A stretch of 64,000 bases of DNA from Phoronis australis (taxonomy: Eukaryota; Animalia; Phoronida), in assembly GCA_002633005.1 (NCBI GenBank), contig NMRA01000067.1, positions 664,252 to 728,251 of the forward strand, in the 5' to 3' direction. The notes below the pieces were generated by a model, which was given only the letters and a program-made list of their open reading frames with translations, did not search any database and was not told the origin of the DNA. The position numbers were made by a program, and so were the translations under genes. Numbering within the stretch: the first letter of the stretch is position 1; the number at the start of each line of letters is the position of its first letter. Shown here piece by piece: positions 27,641-42,276 of this stretch.

Positions 27641-29229
27641 TGTGGCATTACAAAGTATCCAATAGCCAAAGCACTTTTAACAAAAATGACAAAAATATCA
27701 GGCCTGTCAGCGCATACAGGGGGTAGACTTGATGGATTCAAGTAGAGTCCACTCGAAACTTACAGCAGTTTTGATACTCTGAAAATGGTGACAATCTGGG
27801 CAGCCAACAAAGAAAATCTTAGCTGAAGTCTCATATTTCAATTCATTTGACTTAACTTCTTATTTTGTCTGGCTTCAATCTCTATCTCCTGATGAAAACA
27901 CGATAATGACACTACATGTAGAATTGTTCATTTACTGGTTGTAATGCTGATTCCCAGGTAGGTCAATATAGGTGTCTCACTACCATGATGCCAGCAAGGT
28001 GTTGCTATATGTCGCGTGTTAGTAGGTCTACTAACGTGATCGAACTGAGACTTTCTTTGTTTTCATTCATAAGAAATGGTCCAAATGCTGCACTTCCTAT
28101 GTACCTGTCACTTATGACTGAGGGCCGCAGTCAGATGAATACAAAACAGTGACATGGGTATGTAATGAAGAGAGAGCAAGACCACAGAAAGTTGTGTTTC
28201 CTCAGCAAACTCAATACTACCTTATTAGCAAAGACTACCAAAGCCAACTTTGAAGTGATTGGTTGGCGAGGCTGGCACGTTAAAAGAGGGGAAAAAACTC
28301 CCAGTTTCAGTTCCATGAGTAAGGGTTTCCTGCCGCAAGAGCCAGGCATTAAGAACGCAGCGCTGATCTCAACAAGCGTTTCCTGTCGCCTGCGCAGTAA
28401 ACAGCAGTGAACAGACTAGGAATCGTAGCTCGCCACAGTACACAGCAGGTTTACAACAGCTATCAAGGGAACCTTTAGAGAAGTTACACCAACCACCCCA
28501 TGCAATCATTAAACAAATACTGATGAGGCCACAGCCCTCTCTACTGTTGTTCCGATGACAATGAAATATGCATTACAATGGTGGACAATTAGCCAGTTTC
28601 AACAGAGAATTCAACTCAGACAGATACAATAGTGATCCATTCGGGAATGGATAGCATGTTTTTATTTGATATACACCAGAAATTCCCTACACAGTTGTTC
28701 AGCGCATAACTATTCAGATTTCACACTACATCATGTCGAGGTTTACGCTATATATCAGTCAAAACTGACAAGATTCTGAACAAATCATTGATCTTTTAAG
28801 CTGCACTCAAGTCCCATGTTGTGCTTTGGTTTTGCAAAAAAAACATTAGCTTGGCAGAACTAGGCCGCATATCTGTATTCAGTCGACCTAATTTACTCCC
28901 AATTGACAATGCTGACAAACTGGCAGAAATTTGCGGTTCCAAGATATTCAGAAATTTAAAGATGTTTGTATACTTCTGCTTTGACGGAGCAAATATTCCT
29001 AACTATGCGATACAAACGAGATGTAATCATTCACAAATAGTAATAAAATTGTGTATTTAGTGAATTCAAGCAGTTCAACAAACACTGCCATTACTCCAGA
29101 ACATTAAATAGACCATTATAAATGCCCGTCATGCCTGAACTGCTTGCTATCCTTGGTCTCATTACATCTGTGGAACGGTAGAATTTTCTGTAGAGATGTT
29201 TCAAAATATTCTTTCAAAAATCTGGTGCT

Positions 29230-29700
29230 GGTGTGGATACACTTCATTTCTTGCCAGAAGCTAACACGGGTGTACCACTAGATAACATTTGATCAACTTT
29301 ATTACAGATATCCGTCCACATTCTGGCCAGATACTCAGTGTAAATTAAACGTTAACATCATGTCTTTAAATATCCTCTTTTGGCAGGAGTCATTCACTAG
29401 TCTGCTACCCAACACATTTACAACATCTTCTTCAGACATAACTTTACATTAGCGCCTTTTTCCAAGTGCAAGTCAACAACATCCTGAGGCAGCATGACCT
29501 CGTAAATTTGGTCAAATCCAGTTGGATGAAGTTGGAAGGTACACGAAGGAAAGAAAAGATTCAATAAGACAACGGGTAATAGAATAATGCAGAAATCAAT
29601 ATGAAGAGCTCTCAAGGAATGTGAAAGAGTTGAACAGCGGAGAAATGTTGGACTTCGAGGTCAATAAACAACCTGTTTAGCATTCACCAGCACCAAGTGC
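29230..29700 (+). pseudogene. Heavily decayed LINE (CR1/L2-like) ORF2 remnant, endonuclease end plus linker
   Basis: Broken frames give LTRVYH*ITFDQLYY (cf. PTRVT...TLIDHIY), VNNILRQH...VKSSWM (cf. NILDKHAP...PW) and KCW...INNL in the expected order. Recognised by eye only. Confidence 0.35.
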
Positions 29701-32700
29701 AAATAATACGATTTACGTTGCAGCATGTGCTACCATCCTGTAGTTGCCATGTCTCATGACTCTATCAGAAGAGTGTACGCTTTTAACCTGATTTACAGCG
29801 ATACAATGTTCAAAGTCATTCATCTCATTCGTCAGACATGGTTGCCTGCTAAGTTACATCATCTAAATTAATTAACGTAATAATAGCAATGACAATGTTA
29901 ATGATAATCACGATGAACATAAATCGAAGTTGTCCAAGCAATCAATTATATTTACTTCACTCACAATGCATAACAATTAATATATGTTTGGTGTACTCAA
30001 TACCCACTTTCCTCCAGTACATTTCGGGTGCTTAAAATAAACAAAACAAAACAAAATAACGTTTTTAAGGCACCCAATGAAGTATGCATTGCAGATTTAA
30101 GCCACTCCAGTTGAACTTCTTTTTGAATAGGTGTATAAAACTCCATAATTCACATCACTATTCACAAACCGTTTGCAATCAACACATCAAACAGGTGCCG
30201 CTACTTTCTTCTTTCTCAAAATAACGCTTAGATCATGAAAGCTAAAAAGCGGTTCGAAAGCAATAAATAAACAGCGTAAACACGAACAAACAAAAGCACA
30301 ATAAAAATCACATTCATTTAATGTTATCAGATTAAACGAACACTGCACAAAATAATTAAGGACCTACAGTGGCTGTTTGAAAGGAATTGGTTCAGTGGCT
30401 TGAAATAATTTCCCATATACATTGCTTAACCAACCAGCTAATGAACGGCTGGTCCCACTGGTCAATAACTGGCTAACAAAGCATGCTATCAAATAACACT
30501 ATTGTGCAGCCTGCAAAAAGATTTAGAGAAAATACTTCATTACGCCAGGGCTGTGATGGCACTTTTAAAGCTGTATTTTGCCTAGCTGGCTAAAAAACAG
30601 AAATCTAAGTATGCCTTATCTCTCATAAAATTGGTTCTGTAATTCCTTACCACATAGGAATGAAAACATCAATGCTATTATCGAATTAAAAAATGTTTCA
30701 GAGTTAATTAGGGTAGCAGGCTAGCGTTAAAATTTTGTATTCAGAAATGGCTGCATGTACACATTGCTTGACTTCAGTTGCCAGCTTGTTAAGCAAACAT
30801 TCAAGGTCGGATGAGCGTGGTCATGTTACTCAACTCCAAAGGACTTTAGTTATAAGAATTCAACCTTGACAGCTAAACAGCAGCTAAATGTCCCCCTGAG
30901 GTTTATTAATCAATTTCAATTTTACTGAAAAAAGGGTTTACCTCATGTCATATAAGGGCATTCGATATCAAACATTTTGTGTCATGTCAATCTTAAACAA
31001 AAAAATAATTTTGGTGAAGCTGCTGTGCTTCTAATACAGCATTATGAGAGATGAGCACGAATAAAAACATACTATAGTTAATGACTAGGATAAAATGTAC
31101 TCTGCGTCCTTTTTCATCCCTATTCTGTCACTTAAGTTGAAGGCAAAATTACAACTAAGAGCACAACAGGTGAAATACAACATTGATATTTAGTTTGAAA
31201 TAGCCACAGTATCAATTGTAAACAAATTTCTATAATTAATTCAGCTTGTTTACAGGCACCTGACGAAACACCAGGCGTGGAAATATAGCACCAGCACTAT
31301 ACTGAAGTCAGTAAAACCTACACTGGGAAAATGATATACTTGCAGTGAGCAGGTATTTGTTACACAATATTAGATGTCAGTGTTGGTCCAGACATTGACT
31401 ACCCAGTAAGTCAAGACTCAAATAGCAGGAAAATTGATAGAAAGCTGACTGTTTACATTTTTTTAGTCGAATAAACTTGCTAAGTAAAAACATAAAGGTG
31501 CGAACACATAGGCTGAGAGTGTCAATAGATACAGCTAGCTATTTTCTCTGTTGTATTTTGGCTAGAAAAACACCAGACAAAAAAGGTGGCGTGTTGGTTT
31601 AACCTGTCTTCGGTAAGTGCTGGCGCCTCGATGTGAATGACTTAAATGGCCAGGACGGTGCATTGGTGCACAGGTTGAACCAAATTGTTTACTAGAAATC
31701 ATGCATCAGTAGTTCAGATTTGAGGAAATGTCATCAATAGTAACTTACCGTCCAAAAATGAAAATCAGGAAATGAGATAATTAATAAACTAATTTCACTT
31801 AATTCATAAAAATTTAGACTTTGACAGGATTCTTAAATAAATCAATATTTAAATTATCTGCTTGGGCATGTAATTGTAATTTTTTGTGAATCACGTACAT
31901 ATCAATTAGTGTCCATTACTTAACAGTTTAAAGGATGTTCCATCTTTCTAAACACATACCAATATTAAATTATTATAAAATCCGAGTATTACAATTACAC
32001 TGCGATTTGAAAGAAGCAAGAGAAATATGTTTGTTGCGAAATGAGAAATGAGGAAAGACAGTAGAGTCCAATGATACACATGTCACAGTGAACTCCATGC
32101 AATATTCACTTGACTGCGTCTTTCCTAATAGAAATCAATATCTTGCCATTTCTCCCACATTAAAAATCACATTATACTGGCATCAAATTACAACACACTC
32201 ATTTAAACTTTAAGGAACAGTTTCGCATGATGATACTTTTGGCTGCCAAGAATATCATTTTGAATTAGGAAGAGCACCTAGTAGATTATATCATTTTGGG
32301 TTTTTGGCCTGCTTGGCTTGTCGTTAAGTGGATAATACAATACAGCATTCAAAAAGTTGATAGGACATGTCTGCAAATCAAGAGGGGTTGGATTCTTAGA
32401 TGATTGTAGCCACATCAAAGAGTCAGAAATTCCTGGACACCATAATTGGCAAAATGCCATTGTGTATTAAAAAATTGCTAACAATTCTGAGTGGTAACAT
32501 TTTCATTCATCAACATAACTGTAGCTGATTGCGACAAAGCCGTCATCAGAATAAAATATTTTGATTGTCATGATTTTGGCAAATATGTCTGTCGCCAATC
32601 TAACAAGCGTTGCAACAAAAGTGGTGAAAATGGGGGACATTTGTAGTACAGGAATGTAACACCAACATGTGTGGAAAATGGTGTTTACAGTCATAATTGA

Positions 32701-33997
32701 CAACCAATGAGATGAAAAGGGAGCTTATTGCAAACTATGCACATTAACCGTAACTATATCAAAGGAAAAAGTTTTGTTTATGAAAAAAATATTTGACCAA
32801 TTTAAACGCAGTAATAACAACAAAATTAATAAAAGCTGGCCACAGCATTATGTCATACCTGCAAGATGAAATGTCGCAGTCCAATGAGCGGTTGTAAAAG
32901 AAATGATTCTGAGACTATGTCACAGTCTTTAAACTTTAAGCCAAACTGATGTTATAAAATCCAAGGAAACAGCAAATCTTTTGAGATTCAGTTTAATCTG
33001 AAATAAAACCGACACATCAGTACTATAAGTAGGTGCACCAACTCCAGTGTCAGAAATCAGCAAAGTTAAGAGTAAGTCATGTGATCTAACCCTTTCCACA
33101 AATAATATTTCTTCTATGCTAATTTTCCACACCTTGCCCTCTTCAACTTAATTTCTGTTGACAAGCCGACCTTTCTGTTTGGCATAAAACACACAAACCA
33201 GAGGCATTCCTTAAAAACACTTTGAAAGAAAGTATTCAAATGAAAACAAGACAGGATACACTATCCATTTGAAGAGACAAGTACAAGACCCTAAATAACA
33301 AACCTTTACTTAAAAAGACATCAAAACCAACACCCAAGAGTTCACTAAGGATACTTGACATGTACACACTTCCAGCAGCCACAAGGATATGACTTCTGTT
33401 ACACAGCACAAGACAAGCTGAAAGGCAACACAAAAACACACACACTGCCATCTAGTGTCAGACAATGTAAATACTTGGGTTGGGACAGAGGTGGTGTCAA
33501 AGCATACCGTACACTCAGGGTGCTTAAACTGGGACATTCAATAATCAGGGGGAATGCGTTAAGCGAAACATGGGAATTTATAGAGGCAATGATTCAGTGC
33601 CGTCTGTAGAAGATTGTCTTTCAATTTAAGCTACTGACTATATAAAAATCTGCCACATCTTATTCTATGTTCAAATCACAAATGAAAAGTAAGCTCCAGA
33701 ATAGGTGACAAGATTGTTATTGCTACAGACCTAGCTCAGTAGGTTGTTAGTCACAGGCGGGTTAGTTTCAGTGGTGGAGGCAGTTTGGCATACAGAGGAT
33801 TTCCAGGTGATTTATTCAATTTCAATTCAAGCAAAGGACAAGAATGCAATGGCATTCTTTAGAAGACCAAGCATGACCTGTGAAGATTAAGCTGATGTTT
33901 TAGAACCAGAGTATAGTTTTAGTGACTTTAAAAACAAAACCGTTGGAAAGTTGGTTATGGCCATTTCCTTGAATGATCAAATCGCTCACGCAAATAC

Positions 33998-34059
33998 CTT
34001 CACCAATTCTGTACAATAGAGAATGCTCATCAACCAAAAGAACCGTTTCATGGCTCCTT
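33998..34059 (-). other. Candidate 62-nt exon
   Basis: actctttttacag|AAGGAGCCATG...GTGAAG|gtattt. It contains GCCATG starting MKRFFWLMSILYCTELVK, and is also open in phase 2 (RSHETVLLVDEHSLLYRIGE). Confidence 0.25.
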
Positions 34060-37000
34060 CTGTAAAAAGAGTGTATTTTCCCACACGAATGCTGCAAGAT
34101 GCCAGTGAAAGTCATTAGAACAGTGGCCCATTTCCCTGGCGGCACCTTGTTCTTCATCAATAGATTTGTACAAGAAATGCCAGTACTGTCATGAACACTG
34201 ATCTGAGATCCTTTGTGGACAGCACAGCAATTATATTAGTGATGACATCACCAGCATGAATAGTTCTTTGAAGGGAGATAATTGGCGTGGAGACAAAAGA
34301 CTGGAGGAATGCTCAACAATGAACTAGATTGATATATGGTAATTGGACAAATTACCTGGAGTTGACACAAAATGAGAATTTAAGGGCGTGCCTATGAGGA
34401 ACCAAAATTCTTGTGAGAGGAACATTCACAAAACCACTGGACCATTTGAGGAAGTCACAACTGTATCAATTTGGACCGAGTGCTACTGAGCCAAGCGTGG
34501 TGAAAAATTAGACATGTTAGGGTAGACAGTGTTCGTGCAAACACAAGTATGGTACAACTACATAGATTCAATATTAGAACTGATAACTCGTCCTCATCAA
34601 TAAAAAATAGGTGTTTGCTATGAGAGGAAGTCCCTGCTCTGTTTATTGATTAGTGCCCCTGAAGAAACTATTTTACTTAATTAACTGCAACATTATCTAA
34701 TTTAAATAAACTGCAACGCAAATGAAATTTGACAATGATCTATTCAAATAATGTACTTTTAACAGGCCCAACTGTTTCAAAGGTAGCTAGGATGTGAACA
34801 TGCTTTGCTACTATGCAAATCAACAATTCAGTGTAAAAAATCCACAGTTTACCCGGCACATAGCAAACACTGAAGAGGAATCTTTGTAAAATTTCTCATT
34901 GTCTGTACAGTACAGCAGTCATCAAGCAACATTTTACAACATTTTAAACATTAGCAGCAAAGTAGGATTAGCCCTTGAAAAAAGAAAAACGGCAATTTTA
35001 GCAATTGTTTTTGTCAAAATTTGAAGTATTTTAATTAACTGTTAACCAAACACAGGACAGTTGAGATGGCATACTTATAACAAACTTGAATTTTGCCATG
35101 AAATTTGTAAACAATAAAACTGAATTGTCAATACATGTCTGTACAAGTGACTGTAAATCATGGTCATCTGTAGTTTTAGAACAATTCTCCACTTACCATT
35201 TGACACAAAATATATTTGCCACCAAATTGTCATTTTTCACTTTAGCACAACTTGTTTTGATGACATCAACACAGCGCAAACCGTGCTAGTAATAGACTAA
35301 AAATTTCTTAATCTTTATTTCGGTCGAGAAGTTTGACCAAAATAGAATTTCACTTGTCAACCATGTTGTGTCTTTTAGGAGCACAAAAGCGGAATCAATT
35401 TTTAATTGATAGATAGTTAATCAACCACTCAATTATAATGTCCACTGGAAGGGAACAAAGATATTGCAAGAAATATATTTGGGTTAACTTAATCAAATTG
35501 GTGCACTTGGCTGAATCCAACAAGATGACCTGCAACTGTCCATTGCAATAAACACAAAGGTCATCCATGCGTACGAAGGGTTCGCATCAGTGTCATCAGC
35601 GTTATTGATGCCCGTTTTAGTATTATCTTCAAATATTCACCATTCTACAACCATAAGCACATCATTTCATTTACTTTATACACAGTATTTCAAATTTAAA
35701 AAGATTACATCTGCATAACATTTTCAGAGCGTCATCTTGTGGTAACTTCAATGACCAACACATCAACCATAACTTCTGACTGTCCACTAACTAATGCTGC
35801 CGGTCTGAAAGGTTGAATTAATTTCGCAGTTTACATGAAAAACCTCTGGTACCAGAGTTAAGTTAGTATGAAAAGGCCTAAATTTCCTCCTTTTAATCCA
35901 CAAGAATACCCAGTCTACAATATTTGGTTAACCCGTGAAGTCATCACGACTTACAAAAAATTCAGCCAACCCGGATTTCTGAAAAAAATCATGGCAAAAC
36001 ATTATCACAGATGTCTGCTGAGTGGAACAACCTTAGTTAACTTGGGTGGGATAACTGGGATGATATTTTCACATAACACAGAAATCCTGTCTGCATCAAT
36101 GGATGTTGGTCTAGTTGAGCTAATTAGTAAATATGGAGTGTTGACACAATGGAACCTTATGCATAATTAGTCAACCCTACAGGTGCCTCTCTCAGACCTA
36201 CACGCGTGTTATTGGGACCACCTAAGATTATTTTGACGGAATAAATGCATCTGTTGTTATGGCAACATATTATTAAAGCGCATAAGAATCCTCAGGTTGT
36301 TAGCACTTGCATAACCTGCAAGATTTGCCAAGTACAATTAGACAAATCAGGAGGAGGTGTTATGATCAGGGCTGCACCCCTCTTGTCAAACATTGCATAG
36401 GGTGTTTGTGCTTTACAAAATACCTAGAATTCTAGCAACTGCTCCGCATGTAGTGCTTAACATGCATGAGGAAACCACTAGCCCCCTTAATCCTCACTAA
36501 CTCACCTTGCTAACTGAGAAGACCACCCAGAACAAGTAAATCTTAATAAAATGAAAACAGTAACAACTTAAAATCCCATATTGATATCATAAGCCATTCT
36601 CTGGAAATCTATACTATCAGGGTCTTGTACCAAAGACATTTACTACTAGGTACATTAAGGCAGCCATCAGTGCAAGCAGTACTCCCCAGTGACCATCAAG
36701 TCAGCCACTCTGATGATGTGGGCAGACACACTTTCATTAAACTAGTTGTCATACATACTTCATCTTTCCTAATTCATTTCTTACACTGGAGAATATATCC
36801 ATAATAGAAATTCACCAATTGTTTTATATCAGAGAGCTTTTGCCGACAAAAAAATCAAAGTGATAATTCATGGCACGTCACCTATAAAAGCTGTAGTTTA
36901 CCCGGTTAGCTGGTTAAAAAACAATAAAGTACGCGTTCGCAAAACAGCGCACATGTGAGTTGCTGGCTCATTCGACAACAATTCAAGATAGGGTAGCCAT

Positions 37001-38089
37001 AGCAAGGCTTCTAAACCCCACAACCCTTTGGTTAATTCAACATGGACAGCTAAACAGTGGCAAAATGCCTCTTTGAATATGGCAGTCTCACAGCTGTAAC
37101 TAACCTCTTCCACAATTTCAAAAACTAGAGACAGTGAAATATTTTGACATTGTTGGCTGTATAGGAACACCAAATTTGTAATAAATCATATCACTTATCG
37201 ACAGACGCATAGTTGAAACTGAAAGGCATTTTTTTCAATGAATTACAATCAGGCAATATAAAAATGTCCACACTGAGTTCCTATACAATACTATATATTT
37301 TTATATAATCAAGTTTGTATATCAAGTGACCAGGTCCCATTTCTAATGAGGTAACATAGGATGGTTTAATGACAGTGAAATCTTCAGCTGAAGCCCACAT
37401 GTCAGTGTCACATGTCAATCACAGATTACAGTACAATCCAAAAGTATTCCCACAAAATGACCCGGAATTCCGCATGACAGCTGGGCGGAAGCTGAATACA
37501 TTGCCAAAGTAATCTTTGCTCACGAGACCGAGAATGAATCAACAGAACAGTTAGTTCTGTAGCTAAGCCATTCTGTAATTAGAATTTTGTCACTCTTATA
37601 TTTACTACCAATATTTTTTGTTAATAAGGGAATAAGCCATCATGACGGGGAAAACAGTATTTTCTGGATTGCTTTTGTCTCCCTCTGTACATTACTGGTC
37701 TGAGTTAATGTTGCTAGAACCGAGTGTGTCGAATAAGACAGCTAAAATTCAAACTAAATTCAAATTGTTTTGCCTTTTATACCTTGAAATGGATCATGAT
37801 CTTGACCCAGTTACAAGTTAGTGTATCCTTGCATTCTTTAACAATAACAATATCACAGAAATCGTGGTTCCCGGAAAAATATAACACGTGATGGTAAAAG
37901 AAGGGCACGCGCCTTAGGGTATTTTATGGTCTCAGATTAAAAAAGTTGTTTTAATAAGCATTTTAGCCGTCTTGTTTGCCAAACTTGCCCGATCTAGCAA
38001 CTTTAATGCCAGTTCATCCCAATTCCTTTCCAATTTTTACTTATAAACACCCACAACCTTAATTTACACAATCAAGACTTTTTGTTCCT

Positions 38090-38615
38090 TAAAGGAACAC
38101 ACCTTTCTGTATGCTTACTTCAAAAAACAATTTGATAGCCATTGAAGTTATGTAGAACTGGAGAAAAAAGTCTAATTTTGGCCAACTTTGGAACATCGTA
38201 TCTCACAAATGACAGAAAGATCCACATGAACCTTTTAGATACTGTGCCATAAACAAAGTTCTCCAAAATGTTCCACTTTTACATGACGGTCTATCAAAAG
38301 TAGGACTTCTACGATTTTAATGAAAAAAGTTTAAGTTCCATAACACAGAACGAAACAATAATTTTGGAATTAACAACAGCATTTTTGAGATTTTATCTTA
38401 AACGAAATTTGGTCATTAACTGACCATGTTGTTTTGCTATAATTGTATCCTTTTTCTAAATTTGCCTAAAAAGCAACGTCACCTAATTAGCGGCAGAATG
38501 ATACAAAGTCAAAAATCAAATTCAACACAACTTCTACTTACAGAAAATAAATATTTTTGCCGAGTTAAATCCCATAGTTTAGCAGATAATTGTCGAAATG
38601 AACAGATGTGTCCAT
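38090..38615 (+). mobile_element. Dispersed AT-rich repeat, copy 2 of 4
   Basis: Starts TTAA|AGGAACACACC. Internal blocks are homologous to 27140-27520. Confidence 0.55.
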
Positions 38616-40306
38616 AAGGCTCTACACAATACTCACCATCAGGAGGAGCAAGCACTCGCCACAATTTTTATTCAATTCTTGAACCACTTTACACAAATTA
38701 TTCATTACATATTTTAATCTCAACAAAAGCCTACCCATAAAATCAATGCCATTTCCAGGCTAACATTTATTCACTTCTTCAGATTCAAACCATTTTGCTT
38801 ATAAATTAGAGGATATTTTGTCAGGAATCTGTTCCGCAGTGCAGTGCGTGTTTATTTATTCCTCCATCAGGTAGCACTGACAATGCCAATCAAGTTTAAC
38901 AGGTAAAATTGAATGACAAACTAGCCTGTGGTAGTGTTTACCAACACTTTACCAGTAATTGCGAGGTATTGTACGATATCACTGAAGACAGATAATCAAT
39001 GAAAGGCCTTTGTTCTTGGCCACTTACACATAAATCATTAATACATATAGCCCCACGACATGAATGAGTCTGCACCGAGCTCTAGTTAATTAAGATGAGA
39101 TTTGAAGGTGGTCAAGACACTTATTGAATGAGACAACATTTAGGGGCACAAGACGAAATCTGGTCACTGTCATGACGAATTTGGACAAGATTCTACGAAG
39201 CTATGACAATATTGTGGAAAGTATGTTCTATTTATTGCTGTAGTAGGAAATGAAACGAAGGAAACTTCACCAATTCCTTTCTGCGTACGTGACTAAACTC
39301 ATTTTTTGGGACAAAGCCCTCCCAACATGACTAACAAACATTATACAGTAATATAAAAAATTGGAAAATATTATGGTATTTTAATACATTTTAAAAAATT
39401 TTATTTTCCTGCTTTTTCAAAATAGATATGCAGCATCATATTTTTAAATATGGTGCTTTAAAAATCTTTATCATTTCAAGTTTGGCCCAGTAGCTACTTT
39501 TTTGCAAAATTTCGCAAATAGTATGCAATAAACGACAACTGAATATTAGAAGCTGCTGCTTAGTGTGTTTTCCTATGAGTGTTTTTAGTATTATAAATAT
39601 GGTCATTAGATGAACAAATTACATTAAATCCCTTCGAAATTACGAAGGTGGAGTCATCTCTCTCTCATACAAGATTATTAGCTAAATTAGGGTGAACTTT
39701 ATGAATACTCATGTTTCAGTAACTCATCAGTAACTCAGAAACCAATGACTAGGACACTTAATAAAGAGGGGGCGGCACACCCATTTTTGTGTTACCTTTA
39801 ATAAAATTACAGATCCCTGATCATCTTGGAGAAACATTTCGAGTTTTAACTGCTGCTCCCTCATGACTAGCGCAGACCATAGATGGCTATGAGCTGAGGT
39901 GTGTGCCTTAAGTGAAATTTACCCTCAAACCAAGTTAGCCGCAAACAGCGAGGTGAAGTACTCATTTACCAGTAAGCTATGTTCGAATTAAACAGCGTAA
40001 ATGGAGTACACACGCTTACAGTGATACAGCAAGAGAAATTTGTTGTTTTTAGGAGACGCAAAAGTTAATTTACTTTGGCTACTAGTTGTATTCAGCCAAG
40101 CACACAGCTCTCTTCACCCAAATGCTGCGAGGATTGATGTTCACTATGTAAAAAATCCAACTAATGAGACATTCGCCTCACCACCACACCACAGGTAAAA
40201 TCTTCACGTTTCATTTTGCCGCAGACGTAAACATTAGCTGACAGAGCTTATTCGCGTTCAAAGCTAGCAGGTCTCTGTTCGCTCTCCGTCTGCGCTGGTT
40301 CTTAAA

Positions 40307-40514
40307 TATCCATGCAACAATAGAAAGTAACACAAATGGCCCAGCAATTAGGCAGACATTTACTTCCATTGAGCAAACACAAATGACTGATACAAACAGC
40401 GTTCAACAGCAAGTCACATATAGTGTTTGCTCAATGGATGTGAAGTCATGAGAATCAAGATGTATGCTTTTTGCTCTCAGGGCCATTTGTTTCACTTTAT
40501 ATTGTTACTGGATA
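40307..40514. mobile_element. Foldback/MITE-like inverted repeat (~208 bp)
   Basis: Outer arms TATCCATGCAACAATAGAAAGTAACACAAATGGCCC / GGGCCATTTGTTTCACTTTATATTGTTACTGGATA. Perfect 16-bp inner arms TCCATTGAGCAAACAC / GTGTTTGCTCAATGGA. Confidence 0.75.
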
Positions 40515-40546
40515 GAAAAGACTGTGAATAGGGCAAGAATAATTAA

Positions 40547-41100
40547 GGTGGAGAAACATTAATGTCTATTCAAGATTAACCAGGGTTTTGTATGTTTAGT
40601 AAAGTCAATAACAAAAACGGTGTTTTTATTGAGTGCCAACAGTCTGTGACTGCATGTAGCTAGACATCTGAAAAACTATAGAATTTAGCTTTTGAGTAAA
40701 AATACATATTTTTTGAAAGTAGAAAAAACATGTAGATTTGAATTGGGGACATTATACCAGCCTTTCATTTATTTGGGTCATAACAGATTACCTCTTTTTA
40801 GTAAAATTTAGCAAAAAAGATATTTTTTCAGCAAAACAGGCCTATCAGTATTATGATGGCAAATTTCTTTTGAATAAATATTCAAGATGAAGTTTCAAAA
40901 ACACTATCACAGTTTTCTAAATATTTTTTGTTTTTGTCGAATGTAATTTTAAGGCCTCTCATAAATGTCAAAACTTGTGGTACCTTATGCGAAAAAAAAC
41001 TCTTAAAAAGTTTCTAACACCGTTTTGGAGAACAGTACATAAAATAGTATCTGAAGGTTTCATATGATGTTCCCAAATAAGCCAATTTTGACAATTTTCA
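40547..41100 (-). mobile_element. Dispersed AT-rich repeat, copy 3 of 4
   Basis: TTAA|GGTGGAG end. AAATTTCTTTTGAATAAATATTCAAGATGAAGTTTCAAAAACAC is homologous to 59520-59570. Confidence 0.55.
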
Positions 41101-41941
41101 AGGAACACTCACAACATTAAAAGTGAAACTGACGTTTGTATAAATCAAACCAAAAAGCCCCATGCAGTGTTAAGTAGGTCAACTTGAAATTGAAAATGTT
41201 CGAACTAGTATATATCAAGTTAACCTTGCGGAAAGACTTTATGTTGAAGTTCTCAGTCAACTCCATATGGTCCGTGGTCTCATCGTGTGTAATTATGAGT
41301 CCTAACTACCCAACAAACAAAGAGTTCCACTCAAAAACATGAACCAGCTATGGCACTACATTACAGGTCCTTCAAAGTTAGTAAAGACTTTCATTTTAAC
41401 TACCACAGCTCATTTCAAAAGATTCTGTAAACTCTCAGGCAGTTTGAAAAACACCACCGTAGTGATAAGACATGATGTATTAACTTACCTGTCTTACTAA
41501 TTAATATGCATGGGCCCTTAACAGGTTGATGTATTCCTGAATAATAACACACGGTGCACCTGTATTAAGACTGAAGTGGGGGTGACTTTGAACCCATTCT
41601 CCTCTACACTGCAGGTGCTCCACTCTGATACGTTTGTTATCATCAAACCTAGCTCTATGGCGGGGATTAAACTGGTAAATATACTAAGTTAGGGCAACTC
41701 AAATTGGGAAATTTATAGACAGATTACATTGTTGTGCACGTTTTAATTAGTCATAGAAGTGGCAACCCCAAACTAACCTTAAATCACCTTTACTCCAACA
41801 GATGCAGCAGGTGTGAAGTTTGACAAAAGTGCAATATGTAAAGATGAAAATCATTTTTTAATGCAGGAAGTTGTAACTTAGTATTATCACATTTCAATTT
41901 CTAGGTATACAAGAACAAGATTTACTTTGTTTGGGACTGAG

Positions 41942-42276
41942 AATAATAGTAAAAGTAACAGTAATCATAACTGTAACTGTAACCATAACAGTAATAATAA
42001 TAATAAAAATATTATTAGTAACATTAATAATAATAACAATACTTTATTTTGTTGATAATAAATACATAAATATAACTAACAAATGCTACAGCATATTCAA
42101 GGGTTAAGTTAAAAAGAGATAACTTAGAATAACTTGGAGAATAAGTAATAATAGATCAAGGTAACCATGAGAATCATGTACAAATAATACGACTTAAGAC
42201 GTAATAAACACACATTCACTTACTCACACACACACGCACACACCCACACACACACGCATGCATGCACACGCGCGCC
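41942..42276. repeat. Degenerate (TAA)n tract and (CA)n microsatellite
   Basis: TAA/GTAA-rich run at ~41942-42070; CA/GCAC run at ~42225-42276. Confidence 0.8.
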
